Below, piece by piece: positions 46,465 through 57,582 of a stretch of 64,000 nt of DNA. Position 1 is the stretch's first letter; every line of letters begins with the position of its first letter. Location: assembly GCA_963695545.1 (NCBI GenBank), contig OY968796.1, positions 480,001-544,000 of the forward strand, given 5' to 3'. The notes under the pieces are model-generated. The model was not told the origin of the DNA. It ran no database searches and was given only the letters and a program-made list of their open reading frames with translations. This stretch comes from Terriglobia bacterium (lineage in GTDB: Bacteria > Acidobacteriota > Terriglobia > Acidiferrales > UBA7541). Both the position numbers and the translations under genes were made by a program.

Positions 46465-48642
46465 CTAAGGAAGGGAAACCCCGAATTGACCGCGCAATCG
46501 AATGTCGCGCGAAGAAGCGCCGACCATCACATGAATCGTTCCCGGCAAAATCGTCCAGGCGTGCGTCGCGACATCCCAATACGACACCGCGCGGGCATCA
46601 AGTGTGAATTGAACATGCGCCGTCTTCCCCGGATCGAGCGCCACTTTCTGGAAGCCCTCAAGTTGTAGCGGCGGTTCCGGAACAGCGGAACGCGAAGGCA
46701 GTCCGAGATACAGCTCCGCGACTTCAGCGCCCGCCACAGTTCCGGTATTCGTGACGTCGCATGAAACCGTCACCGTCGAATCCGTGGCGCCGCCAAATTG
46801 CGCATGATCGGGCGAGATCTCGAGGTGATCGTACGAGAACGTGGTGTAAGAGAGGCCGAAGCCGAATGGAAACAACGGCTCGACCTTGTGCTCGTCGTAA
46901 TAGCGATAGCCGACGAATACGCCTTCGCTGTAATGCGCCTGGCGATCGACGCCGGGCCATTGTTCGGGCGTGTGCGCTGGAGCGTCTTCCACGCGCTTCG
47001 GGAACGTGATCGGCAGCTTGCCCGATGGATCGATGTCGCCGAAGAGCACGGCCGCAACGGCGTTGCCGTCCTCTTCGCCGGGATACCACGCCTCGAGCAG
47101 CGCCGGCACCTGATCGAGCCACGGCATCAGGATCGCGGAGCCGGTCTTGAGCACCACGACGGTGTGCGGATTTGCGGCGGCCACGGCGGCGACGAGAGCG
47201 TCCTGATTGCCTTCGAGCGTCAGCAGATGGTCTTTGCCCTCGGTCGCGTGGTCGCCCACCATCACGATGGCCACGTCGGCCGAGCGCGCAAGATCGGCGG
47301 CCTTGGCAGGATCGCTGCCGTCGGCGTAGGTGACGCTCACGCCGGTTCCAACGCGGCCCTGAATGCCGTCAACGGGTTTGACGCTATAGAGCGCGACGAC
47401 GTGGGAGCTGCCGCCACCGCCGGTGTTCGCCTCCCCCGCATACGGCCCGATCACCGCGATCGATTTCAAGGCCGAAGCGCGCAGCGGCAGCAGCTGCCCG
47501 GAATTTTTCAGCAACACCATGCCCGCTTCTGCGATGCCGCGCGCGGCCGCGCCGTCTTTCTGCGCCGGAATCGCTTGCGGCGCCGGCGGATGATCGAACA
47601 GGCCGAAGCGCATCAGCGTGCTGAAGCGGCGAACGAGCATCTGGTCAAGCGTGGCCTCGGGCACTTCGCCAGACTGCACGGCGGCTTTGAGAGGATCACC
47701 GAAGTAAAGGCCGGTTGGCCACTCCATGTCGAGGCCGGCCGTGACCGCCGGCACGATGCTGTGCGTGGCCCCGAAATCGGAGATCACGAAGCCCTGGAAA
47801 CCCCAATCGCCGCGCAGAATCTGCGCGAGCAGCGTGGGGTTCTCGCACGCGAACACATTGTTCACGCGGGGATACGCGCACATCACGGAGGCGGCGTGCC
47901 CCTCTTTGATCGAAGCCTCGAACGCCGGCAAATAAATTTCGCGCAGTGTGCGCTCGTCGACGATCTCGTTCACCACGAAACGATCGGTCTCCTGATTGTT
48001 GGCGTCGAAGTGCTTTACGTTGGCCAGAATTCCCTGGCTCTGAATTCCGGTGATATTGGCAACCGCGAGGCGCGCCGTGAGAAACGGATCTTCGCCGTAT
48101 GCTTCAAACGTGCGGCCATTCTGCGGGAGGCGGGCGATGTTCACGTCCGGTGCTTCGAGCAGACTGTTGCCGATATCTTTGGCTTCCGCGCCGGCGATCT
48201 CGCCATAGCGCTGCGCGAGATTCACGTCCCAGGTGGCCGCGAGCGCGATCGGCGAAGGCAGCGCCGTGGCCGGAACTTGCTTGCCCGCGCCGCCGGGTCC
48301 CGCGCCGGCGGGACCATTGGTGATGTGGAAGTCGGGGATGCCGAGGTGCGGGATGCCGGGCACCATGCGGAACTGCGTGTCGTTATGCACTCCATGAACT
48401 TGAGAAATTTTCTCGTCGAGCGTCATTTGCGCAACGAGAGCTTTGGCGCGCGCGTCGGGATCCTGCTGCGAGGTGGCCGGAATGGCGACGATGAAAGCGG
48501 CCGCGGCGGCGAGAAGCATCAACGCGCGGCGAATTGAGACGCGGCGCGCCGCGCGAAGATCATGCGCGGGCCCACGGCTTCGCCAGCCGGCGATCGGGGC
48601 CGTGCTGCTGCGCGCTTCGCGGAATCGGATTCGCATGATCAC
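46465..48642 (-). CDS. Exported GH3 beta-glucosidase/xylosidase with fibronectin-III-like C-domain (start uncertain)
   Basis: MTLDEK, GRTFEAYGEDP, KHFDAN, VMCAY, VISDF, YSEGVFVGYRY, FGFGLSYTTF. Confidence 0.92.
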   Translation of the reverse strand: MIMRIRFREARSSTAPIAGWRSRGPAHDLRAARRVSIRRALMLLAAAAAFIVAIPATSQQDPDARAKALVAQMTLDEKISQVHGVHNDTQFRMVPGIPHLGIPDFHITNGPAGAGPGGAGKQVPATALPSPIALAATWDVNLAQRYGEIAGAEAKDIGNSLLEAPDVNIARLPQNGRTFEAYGEDPFLTARLAVANITGIQSQGILANVKHFDANNQETDRFVVNEIVDERTLREIYLPAFEASIKEGHAASVMCAYPRVNNVFACENPTLLAQILRGDWGFQGFVISDFGATHSIVPAVTAGLDMEWPTGLYFGDPLKAAVQSGEVPEATLDQMLVRRFSTLMRFGLFDHPPAPQAIPAQKDGAAARGIAEAGMVLLKNSGQLLPLRASALKSIAVIGPYAGEANTGGGGSSHVVALYSVKPVDGIQGRVGTGVSVTYADGSDPAKAADLARSADVAIVMVGDHATEGKDHLLTLEGNQDALVAAVAAANPHTVVVLKTGSAILMPWLDQVPALLEAWYPGEEDGNAVAAVLFGDIDPSGKLPITFPKRVEDAPAHTPEQWPGVDRQAHYSEGVFVGYRYYDEHKVEPLFPFGFGLSYTTFSYDHLEISPDHAQFGGATDSTVTVSCDVTNTGTVAGAEVAELYLGLPSRSAVPEPPLQLEGFQKVALDPGKTAHVQFTLDARAVSYWDVATHAWTILPGTIHVMVGASSRDIRLRGQFGVSLP

Positions 48643-48677
48643 TCCTCAAGAAACGGAGACGGCGCGCTGCTTGCGTT

Positions 48678-49457
48678 TTATGTCGAACGATTGAGACGCG
48701 ACGAAATATCTTTGGCGGCGCTTTTCACCGAGGCGGCGAACGACGGGATTTTGTCGCGGCTGATGCGTGTGATCGGTCCAGAGACACTGAGGGCCGCCAC
48801 AATTTTGCCAGAGTCGTCCAGAATCGGAGCGGCCACGCAGCGCGCGCCGAGAACGGCTTCTTGATCGTCGAGCGCGAAGCCCTGGCGGAAGATCTTCGCG
48901 AGTTCTTTGCGCAGCCGGGCGGCGTCGGGAATGGTGTGGTTGGTCACGCGCTCGAAGCTCAGAGAGGCGAACATCTCCTCGCGTTGCTCGAGCGGAAGAA
49001 ACGCAAGCAGCGCCTTGCCCAGGCCGGTGCAATAGAGCGCGCGGCGCATGCCAACCTGCGAGCCCATGCGAAACATGTGGCCGCTTTCGATGACGTCGAG
49101 ATAGAGAATTTCGTGGCCGTCGATCACCGCGAGGTTGACGGTTTCCTTGGTGGTGCGCCACACCTTTTGCAAAGCTGGGCGGCTGACTTTGCGAAGCGTG
49201 GCGTGGAAGGAAATGCCGGCGCCGAGATGCGCCAAGCGCGGGCCGATGACGTAGGCTCCGCTATCGTCGCGAAACAAGTAGCCGGCGCCTTCAAGGTGGG
49301 CCAGAAAACGATAGGCGGTGCTCTTGTGAATGCTGGTCTGCTGGGCGATCTGGCGCAACTGGAGGCCGGTGGGCGAGCTATCGAGAGCTTCGAGAATACG
49401 AAGCACCTTGCCCACAACACCAACCGGGGCGGCTTTGGACTGTCGAGCTCGAATCAT
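48678..49457 (-). CDS. IclR-family transcriptional regulator
   Basis: KVLRILEAL, IHKSTAYRFL HTH, ETVNLAV, CTGLGKALLA, GARCVAAPI, ALSVSGP. Confidence 0.92.
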   Translation of the reverse strand: MIRARQSKAAPVGVVGKVLRILEALDSSPTGLQLRQIAQQTSIHKSTAYRFLAHLEGAGYLFRDDSGAYVIGPRLAHLGAGISFHATLRKVSRPALQKVWRTTKETVNLAVIDGHEILYLDVIESGHMFRMGSQVGMRRALYCTGLGKALLAFLPLEQREEMFASLSFERVTNHTIPDAARLRKELAKIFRQGFALDDQEAVLGARCVAAPILDDSGKIVAALSVSGPITRISRDKIPSFAASVKSAAKDISSRLNRST

Positions 49458-49571
49458 GGCGTGGACGGCGGATCGTGGAATTGGCTCAAAAAGGGGAAGC
49501 AGACCCGCGAAGCTCGGATCCGGAAGCAGCAATCCGCCGGAGGTTCCTTTCTAGACCGCGGTGCGCGGCAT

Positions 49572-49731
49572 TTTTAGAAACTAAAATGCAAGTTTTCAGT
49601 TCTAAATCGAGAGCGCGCGGCGCGCACCGCGACACTGTTTTATATGTTGAACCGGGGGGAAGCAAGGGAAATCTGATCGGCCGGAGGGCGCGGGCAGCGC
49701 GTCCGCGGACGGTCTATTTCAGGATCCGAAA
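49572..49731. promoter_or_regulatory. Four candidate 15-bp IclR-type operators (TTTY-N7-RAAH)
   Basis: TTTT-AGAAACT-AAAA (49572), TTTT-CAGTTCT-AAAT (49593), TTTT-ATATGTT-GAAC (49638), TTTC-AGGATCC-GAAA (49717). Confidence 0.45.
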
Positions 49732-50142
49732 CGGTGATTCTTTACGTTGAATCTTGCGGAAATTCTTGATACAAGCCTCTTGCGTGAACCGCGATCACGC
49801 CGCGCCGCAAGCCACCGGCGACATTCGGCAGCCGGGCACGGCGGCGAATTTGGCTTTGGAGAGCTTGCAGCACCCCAACCACGGTCCGTCCGCGAGAATG
49901 CGCCTCACGGCCACCCCTCATGGACGCCCTGGGAAACCTGCAAGGACCGCCGGACGGGCAGCGCCGAACCTCCTAGCGGCGCTGCCTTCTCGGTGGGGCG
50001 GCCGAGGCGGGACAATGATTGCGAAGTTCGCGCGCACGCCGGCAGGCGAATCCGATACAATCTGCGGCGCTCAGGTGACGGGCGCAGCAACGTGAAGGAC
50101 GTACGCGCGGGGCTGCGGGTTCGCTCGGGCGCGTTGAGTTAG

Positions 50143-50991
<849 letters not shown>

Positions 50992-51003
50992 AAAGAGGTC
51001 TCG

Positions 51004-52332
51004 ATGGCATCGAGTGAAACAGGATCGCGGCCACTTTTTCCGTCGGGCAATCTATTTCCATTCTTCCTGGTTACGGCGCTTTTCTTTCTGTGGGGCATTC
51101 CCAACAATCTGAACGACGTTTTGATCCGGCAGTTCATGAAGTCGTTCGCGATCTCGCGATTCGAGGCAGGACTGATCCAGTTTGCGTTTTATTTGGGGTA
51201 TTTCGTGCTGGCGATTCCGGCCGGCCTATTGATGCGCAAGCTGGGGTACAAGGCGGGGTTCATCACCGGCCTGATTCTTTTTGGGTCGGGCTGTCTGCTG
51301 TTCTGGCCGGCGGCGCTGGCGGGACGTTATTCATATTTCCTTCTTGCGTTGTTCGTGATCGCCAGCGGACTTTCGTTTCTTGAGACCGGCTCGAATCCGT
51401 TCATCGCGCAGTGCGGCGATCCCGAGACTTCCGAGCGCCGCTTGAACTTTTCGCAGGCGTTCAATCCGATCGGCTCGATCACCGGAGTGCTGGTCGGAAC
51501 GATTTTCATTTTCTCCGGCGTGGAGCTGAACCCGCACCAGATCGCGGCGATGCAGGCCGCGCACACCTACGATGCCTATCTGAGGGTTGAGACGCTGCGC
51601 GTGATTCGCCCTTACGTGGTGCTGGGACTAGTGGTGCTCGCGTGGGCTGTGCTCATCGCGCGCACGAAATTTCCCGCCGTTGCCGGTGAGGCCGAATCGG
51701 ACGGCGGAGATCGAGGAAACGCTCGAGACCTGCTCCATCAACCGCATTTCCTTCTGGCGGTGGTGGCGCAATTTCTCTACGTGGGTGCGCAAGTCGGCAC
51801 GTGGAGTTATTTCATCCCCTACGTTCAGGACTACACGCACGAGCCGGAAAAAGTGGCGGGATATTTTTTGACGGGCACACTGGTGGCGTTCGGCGTGGGA
51901 AGATTCGCATCGTCGTACCTGATGAAGTTCATTTCGCCCAAGACTTTGATGGGAACGTACAGCCTGATCAATGTTGCCCTGGTGAGCGTGGGAGTGTTTC
52001 GACCGGGATGGACGGGGCTGTGGGCGATTTTTCTCACGAGCTTTTTTATGTCGCTGATGTTCCCGACGATTTTCGCGTTGGGATTGAAAGGGTTGGGAGC
52101 GAACACCAAGATCGCGGGCTCGCTGCTGGTGATGTCCATCATCGGAGGAGCGATTTTTCCGCCGGCCATCGGACTGATATCGGAGAAATTATCGAGCATG
52201 GCGCTGGCCTATGGGCTGCTATTGCCGGCCTACGCGTTCATTGCGTACTACGCTCTGCTCGGTTCCAAAGTGCGCTTGAGCGGGGAGGATTGGAAACGAG
52301 CAGAGACCATCGGGATCGGCGGAGAGGTCTAG
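51004..52332 (+). CDS. fucP: L-fucose:H+ symporter
   Basis: LFFLWG…LND, FLETGSNP, RRLNFSQAFN, FLYVGAQVG, SLMFPTIF. Confidence 0.92.
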   Translation: MASSETGSRPLFPSGNLFPFFLVTALFFLWGIPNNLNDVLIRQFMKSFAISRFEAGLIQFAFYLGYFVLAIPAGLLMRKLGYKAGFITGLILFGSGCLLFWPAALAGRYSYFLLALFVIASGLSFLETGSNPFIAQCGDPETSERRLNFSQAFNPIGSITGVLVGTIFIFSGVELNPHQIAAMQAAHTYDAYLRVETLRVIRPYVVLGLVVLAWAVLIARTKFPAVAGEAESDGGDRGNARDLLHQPHFLLAVVAQFLYVGAQVGTWSYFIPYVQDYTHEPEKVAGYFLTGTLVAFGVGRFASSYLMKFISPKTLMGTYSLINVALVSVGVFRPGWTGLWAIFLTSFFMSLMFPTIFALGLKGLGANTKIAGSLLVMSIIGGAIFPPAIGLISEKLSSMALAYGLLLPAYAFIAYYALLGSKVRLSGEDWKRAETIGIGGEV

Positions 52333-52445
52333 GCCGGCGCACCGCATTCCATCCAGTTCGTGGAAGCACGCAGAGAATTCGATCGGTTGGAAAATTCAGC
52401 TGGAAAAAGTTGAACAATTTTTAGCGAGGGGAGCGAAAAATCGCC

Positions 52446-53885
52446 ATGAAATCAAAGAAGATGACACGACGCGATTGGATGATTCGCACAGCATCGGGCG
52501 TGGCGGCCGGGGCCGTTTCTTTGCCGGCGCTGACGGCGGCGGCACGGCAGACGGCGGCGACGCCGCAGAGCGCGCCAGGAACTGCCGGTCAATTGCATCA
52601 GCTGGCGACGGGGGCAGGAGCGCAGCAGGCCGCTCCGGCAGGGCCGCCGACGGCGCAGGACCTGAACCGCGACGCGCGGATGAAGTGGTGGCACGAAGCG
52701 CAATTCGGAATGTTCATTCACTGGGGCTTGTACAGCCAGATCGGGCGGCAAGAATGGATTCTGGAGAACGAGGCGATTCCGATGCTGGAATACGAGCCGC
52801 TGGCGAAGACATTCAAGCCGCGGCCCAACATGGCGCAGCAGTGGGCGCGCGTGGCGCGCGACACAGGCATGAAATATATGGTGCTGACGACCAAACACCA
52901 TGAAGGCTTTTGCAATTTTGACAGCAAGCTCACAAATTACAACGCCATGCAGCAGGGGCCGGGGCGCGATCTGGTGGCCGAATATGTGGCCGCGGCGCGC
53001 GCGGAAGGAATGCGTGTGGGTTTTTACTACTCGTTGATGGATTGGCACCATCCCGACGGAGCCAACTGTTTGACGGATCCAGCGGCGCGCGATCGATTTG
53101 TGACCTACACGCATGGGTTGATCAAAGAGCTGATGAGCAATTATGGAAAAATCGATGTGCTTTGGTACGACGTGGATTGGCCGCTGGACGCGGAGGGCTG
53201 GCAATCCGTGAAGATAAACGAAATGGTGTTCGGCCTGCAGCCGGACATCATCGTGAACAATCGCAACGGCATACCGGGCGATTTTTCGACGCCCGAGCAA
53301 ACCATCCGCGCCGAAACCGGCGGGCGCGCGTGGGAAAGTTGCATGACGCTCAACGACAGTTGGGGCTACTCGCGCGCCGACAATAACTGGAAATCGCCGA
53401 CGACCGTGCTCCGGAACTTGATCACGTGCGCGCGCGACGGTGGAAACTACCTGCTGAATATCGGGCCGCGGCCGGACGGCGCGGTTCCCGAAGATTCGGT
53501 GCACGTGCTCGAGCAGGTGGGCCAGTGGTTGGCCCGCAACCGCGACACGGTGATCGCCACGGACCTGTGCCAGCCGCGCCACTCGAATTACGCTTCGTTC
53601 ACGCGCAAGGGCAACACGCTGTACATGCACGTGCATGCATGGCCGGGCGACTACGTGGCGATTTCCGGACTCACGGTTAGCGTGAAATCCGCGCGCATGC
53701 ACGCGAGCGGTGAATCGGTGGCGTTCACTCAGGATAAATTCCGCACGAAACTTACGGGATTGCCGGAAGAAGCGCCGGATTATCCGCTGACGACCATCGA
53801 GATCGAGTGCGACGACGTGCCCATGCAAGACACGCTGATGGTGCGCAAGGACAAGCCGCGCGACGGCGTTGGGTACAACGGATAG
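52446..53885 (+). CDS. Tat-exported alpha-L-fucosidase, GH29
   Basis: TRRDWM Tat motif; FGMFIHWG, TTKHHEGF, YSLMDW, LWYD, WESCMT, LLNIGP. Confidence 0.92.
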   Translation: MKSKKMTRRDWMIRTASGVAAGAVSLPALTAAARQTAATPQSAPGTAGQLHQLATGAGAQQAAPAGPPTAQDLNRDARMKWWHEAQFGMFIHWGLYSQIGRQEWILENEAIPMLEYEPLAKTFKPRPNMAQQWARVARDTGMKYMVLTTKHHEGFCNFDSKLTNYNAMQQGPGRDLVAEYVAAARAEGMRVGFYYSLMDWHHPDGANCLTDPAARDRFVTYTHGLIKELMSNYGKIDVLWYDVDWPLDAEGWQSVKINEMVFGLQPDIIVNNRNGIPGDFSTPEQTIRAETGGRAWESCMTLNDSWGYSRADNNWKSPTTVLRNLITCARDGGNYLLNIGPRPDGAVPEDSVHVLEQVGQWLARNRDTVIATDLCQPRHSNYASFTRKGNTLYMHVHAWPGDYVAISGLTVSVKSARMHASGESVAFTQDKFRTKLTGLPEEAPDYPLTTIEIECDDVPMQDTLMVRKDKPRDGVGYNG

Positions 53886-53930
53886 CGTTCGTGCGAGGGC
53901 CGCAGCTGCGCGACAACTGCTATTCGCGGG

Positions 53931-54191
53931 CTACGCGGAAGTGATTTCGACTTCGACGGGGAGGCCTTCGCCCTTTCCACGCTGCGTAAGCCAGGCTGAA
54001 AATGCCTGAGCGAGACGCGCGCGGTCGACGCGCAGGCCGGCTTCGATTCGGCCGTCGGCGACGGGCAGCGTGTCGTCAAATTCGGCCGAGCCGGTGAAAT
54101 TGCGCATGAAGAAAGCGTCCAGCCATTCGAGCGGGCAGGCGCGGCGCTCACCGGCGATCACGATATCAACCTTCAGTTTTTGCGCGTACAT
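53931..54191 (-). CDS. Hypothetical protein
   Basis: 86-aa ORF preceded by TGcTATACT; CPLEWLDAFFMRNFTG. Confidence 0.65.
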   Translation of the reverse strand: MYAQKLKVDIVIAGERRACPLEWLDAFFMRNFTGSAEFDDTLPVADGRIEAGLRVDRARLAQAFSAWLTQRGKGEGLPVEVEITSA

Positions 54192-54224
54192 TTCGCGGCG
54201 AGTATAGCACTCGCCCGTGCGCGG

Positions 54225-54818
54225 CTAGTGCTTCTCGGCGATATCCACGGAGACGCGCGTCGACGCCCAATCGAGACGCAGCGTGCAGCCGGTGGCGGTC
54301 CCATCGAGGCCGATCGTGAAATCTTCAAGCGGCGCAGGAGGCGATGGCAGCGCGGAGATTTGCATATCCACGCGAGCGAAATCGAAACTCGCGCCGGGAT
54401 AGGGAATTCCCCACTCGCCGGTTTTCTTGCTGATGATCAATTTCCAACTGTCCGCGTTCGGCAAGGCGAACAGCGTGTAGCTGCCGGCGGGAACGAGCGT
54501 GCCGCCGACGACGAGATCCGTATCGGTGACGAAAGTTGTGGCTTCGTTTGCGCCGACGCGCCACTCCGTTCCGTAGGGCACGAGGCCGCCATAGATCGCG
54601 CGGCCTCTCATGCGCGGGCTCGAATAATCGATGGTGAGCATTTTGCCGTCGGGGAATTTGTATTCCACATGCGCCGGCGGACTGGGGCGCTTGCTCTTAT
54701 CTTCCGGCGGCTTGTTAGTCTGGTCCTGCGGGGTCATGTTCTCCTGGCTGTGCGCCGACGCGGCGAGCACGGAGAAACAAGCGACCAGCAACGTGGCGTA
54801 AATCGCAAATTTTCGCAT
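54225..54818 (-). CDS. Exported DUF2911-family protein
   Basis: AGGAGG RBS; RPSP, IDYSSPRMRGR, LVPYG, WRVGANEAT, AGSYTLF. Confidence 0.88.
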   Translation of the reverse strand: MRKFAIYATLLVACFSVLAASAHSQENMTPQDQTNKPPEDKSKRPSPPAHVEYKFPDGKMLTIDYSSPRMRGRAIYGGLVPYGTEWRVGANEATTFVTDTDLVVGGTLVPAGSYTLFALPNADSWKLIISKKTGEWGIPYPGASFDFARVDMQISALPSPPAPLEDFTIGLDGTATGCTLRLDWASTRVSVDIAEKH

Positions 54819-54889
54819 TTCAATTCCTCCTGATGGACTCCCTTGGAAGTATACGCGCGCTTCGGGCGCTCGGCATATCGCTGCGCGAA

Positions 54890-55147
54890 TCAGAGATCGG
54901 ACGCGATGTCGGCGTCGATCGAAACGTGCGTATTGTCGAAACCGTTGATGCTGTATGCGGCTCCTTCGGCGCGCGAGAAATGGAAATAGCGGCTGATATT
55001 GTAATCCTCATCGAACGAGCCGAAGACGCGCTCGGTTTCTCCGCGATCGAAGCCGAACGCGGCGAGAGCGACGGGGCGGCCGTAGCCGCCGCCGAGAGAA
55101 ACGTATTTTTCGACGAGTTCTTTGAGTTGCATGATTTCTAGATCCAA
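54890..55147 (-). CDS. Hypothetical protein
   Basis: 85-aa ORF overlapping the stop of the upstream gene; FDEDYNISRYFHF. Confidence 0.65.
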   Translation of the reverse strand: MDLEIMQLKELVEKYVSLGGGYGRPVALAAFGFDRGETERVFGSFDEDYNISRYFHFSRAEGAAYSINGFDNTHVSIDADIASDL

Positions 55148-55761
55148 ACGTACGCGCCGGAATCGCCGTATGGCGCGTTCAAATAGAAAAGATTGGCATC
55201 GGGCAATGCGCCGAGCGCGCGGCAGAGACGATCGGTGCCGTGCGCTGCGCAGAGCAATTCGCCGGGCGCTTCAGCGATGCGCTCGACGTGGTCGAGGCTT
55301 TCGACATCGCGCCGGGAGAACCAGAGCCACTTGGCGGGAGCGGCGCATACTTCGCAATCGCCGGCGAGGCGGCTGAGCCTCGATTCGATGGCCTGGGAGA
55401 CTTGCGATTCAAGTCCGGCGGCGGCGAAATCCTGCGCGGCGAGAAAAAAATATTGCGAGACGCTCGAGCTATCGGGCTCAAACGCAGCGACGCGGCCGCG
55501 ATAGTGCTCAAGCTCCGGTCCGAGCAAACCGAAAAGACACGCGCGGCACAGCGAAACTTCGGGGCGCCGCTGGCCCGGTTGCCTCGCGGCTTTTTTGCCG
55601 CGCAGATAGAGCGTGTCCGGCGCGAAGCCGGCCATCCAATCCTGCTGAGTTTCAAGATGCACGCATTCGGGAGGAACGCGCATGAGTCGCGCGAACCAAC
55701 TGCGCGTGCGCGGTCGAAATTCGATGCCGGGATAGGCTTGTTCAAGACGGATGCGAGACAT
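55138..55761 (-). CDS. Cys-rich hypothetical protein
   Basis: ECVH, LCRAC, CEVC, LCAAH motifs; TGcTACGAT upstream. Confidence 0.7.
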   Translation of the reverse strand: MSRIRLEQAYPGIEFRPRTRSWFARLMRVPPECVHLETQQDWMAGFAPDTLYLRGKKAARQPGQRRPEVSLCRACLFGLLGPELEHYRGRVAAFEPDSSSVSQYFFLAAQDFAAAGLESQVSQAIESRLSRLAGDCEVCAAPAKWLWFSRRDVESLDHVERIAEAPGELLCAAHGTDRLCRALGALPDANLFYLNAPYGDSGAYVWI

Positions 55762-55953
55762 GATCGCGCCGATCGTTCGAGTCCGAACGCGGAAACTGCA
55801 TCGTAGCAGATTGCGGCGCGGCGGCGCGCAAAATCCGTTATCATGAAATTGCGGGCTTCAAGCGGAGTCCGCACCGGAATTTTCGGGGCGCGCAGGCGCA
55901 ATTTCGCGGCGCGGCTCCGATTTTTATTCGCCCACTTCTCGAGGAGGAACGTC

Positions 55954-56412
55954 ATGGCACTGGCCGTCGGGCAACCCGCACCGGAATTCACCTTGAAGGA
56001 TCAATCGCAAAAGGAAGTGAAGCTCGCGGATTTCAAAGGCAAGAATGTGGTGATCATTTTTTATCCGCTGGATTGGAGCCCAACCTGCACGAATGAGCAC
56101 GCCTGCTTCGTGAGCGATTTGAAACTGTTTCAGAACCTTGACGCGCAAGTGCTCGGACTGAGCGTGGACAGCGTGTGGTCGCACAAGGCGTTCGCGGAAA
56201 AAATGGGAATCACATATCCGCTGCTGGCGGATTTCAATCCGCGGGGCGCGGTGGGCGAAAAGTTCGGCGTGTTTCACGCGGATAAAGGCATCACAGGGCG
56301 CGCCATCGCGATCGTCAACAAATCGGGAACGCTGGCGTGGTTCAAACAGTACGATTTTGGGACAGTGCCGGACGTGAAAGAAGTGACTGTGGCGCTGGGG
56401 AACGCGAACTAG
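55954..56412 (+). CDS. Peroxiredoxin (AhpE/BCP-like)
   Basis: GAGGAG RBS; APEFTLKDQ, FYPLDWSPTCTNE, GLSVDS, LLADF. Confidence 0.9.
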   Translation: MALAVGQPAPEFTLKDQSQKEVKLADFKGKNVVIIFYPLDWSPTCTNEHACFVSDLKLFQNLDAQVLGLSVDSVWSHKAFAEKMGITYPLLADFNPRGAVGEKFGVFHADKGITGRAIAIVNKSGTLAWFKQYDFGTVPDVKEVTVALGNAN

Positions 56413-56520
56413 CAGCCTCGGCGGCGGGCGGGAGAAGCGCCCAGTCCGCATCGCTGGAGATTAAAGCGAACAGAATCCGGCGCAGTTCGCATCAAATGAG
56501 GGCTCGGAGGAACCGAACAA

Positions 56521-56826
56521 ATGTCGAATCCACCTGCCGTACAGCAACCGCAAGTGCAAATCAAGGCCGACGAAAAAGATTTGGTCGGCCAGTACAGCAA
56601 CCTTGTGATGCTCTACCATAATGGCGAGGAATTCGCGCTGCACTTCATTTACATCTTTCCGAACGCGCCGCAGGGCAAGCTCGTCGCGGGATTGCTCGTG
56701 AGCCCGGGACACGCCAAGCGGCTCTGGCGGGCGCTGGGCGAAAATCTCACCAAGTACGAGGCGCAATACGGACCGATCCGCGAGATTCCGGAAGGACCGC
56801 CGCCGAAGGTTGGATTCGTGCAATAG
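56521..56826 (+). CDS. DUF3467-like protein
   Basis: GGAGG RBS; GQYSNL, EFALHF, SPGHAKRL…LGENL…YEAQYGPI. Confidence 0.8.
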   Translation: MSNPPAVQQPQVQIKADEKDLVGQYSNLVMLYHNGEEFALHFIYIFPNAPQGKLVAGLLVSPGHAKRLWRALGENLTKYEAQYGPIREIPEGPPPKVGFVQ

Positions 56827-56928
56827 GTGCGGCGCGCAGGCCACCTGTCCTAAAGTACAGTTTGGTCGCGGCAACGACTGTCCGGCGTGACAGGCGCGAC
56901 GCGGGCCGCGCCGTGCTAGATTAATTTT

Positions 56929-57480
56929 ATGCAAGCCGCGTGCTCACATTGCGGAACGCTGCACCGGCTGAACGACGCTCAGATTGGCGATCTGCGGCGG
57001 GTGCAGTTCAAGTGCACACAATGCGGGAAGCCCACGCTGGTCGAGCTCGAACGCCGGCCAGAGAGCACGCAGGTGGTTTCGCCGCTGCCGGCATTCGCGC
57101 GCGGAGCAGGAGCGCCGCGGCGCATCAGCGCCTACGAAGAAGCCGATAGCGACGTGCGCTTGCCGCCCGGCAAAGCCATCGCGATCACCGTGATCGGCGG
57201 ACCTTCGCGCGGCGGCGTTTTTCCACTCGAAAAACCACGAATCATTCTTGGGCGCGCGGGCACGGACGTGCCGCTGGACGACGCGGGAGTCTCGCGGCGG
57301 CACTGCATGATCGAAGTGCGCGGCGACGTGGTGCGGCTGTGCGATCTTGATTCGACCAACGGAACATTTTTCGGCGAAGAGCGCATTCGCGCGGCGCAAC
57401 TGCGGCACATGTCGGAATTCCGCATGGGCTCGAGCGTTTTGTTGCTGACGATTCGCTCGCGCGTCGACCCCGACTTTTAA
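56929..57480 (+). CDS. Zinc-ribbon + FHA domain protein
   Basis: CSHC…CTQC; ILGR, VSRRH, DLDSTNGTF. Confidence 0.85.
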   Translation: MQAACSHCGTLHRLNDAQIGDLRRVQFKCTQCGKPTLVELERRPESTQVVSPLPAFARGAGAPRRISAYEEADSDVRLPPGKAIAITVIGGPSRGGVFPLEKPRIILGRAGTDVPLDDAGVSRRHCMIEVRGDVVRLCDLDSTNGTFFGEERIRAAQLRHMSEFRMGSSVLLLTIRSRVDPDF

Positions 57481-57582
57481 TACCGCGCCCACTGCGCGCG
57501 GAATTCCCGCCGCGAATTTCCCTCCATGCTGCGGTGCGAACATAGCCGCCTGAGATTCGTGCTACTGTAGCTGGCGATCGTC

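Noticed and set aside
49747..50142. 131-aa ORF in the IclR-SDR intergenic region
   Set aside because: No RBS, no recognisable motif, shadow-like composition
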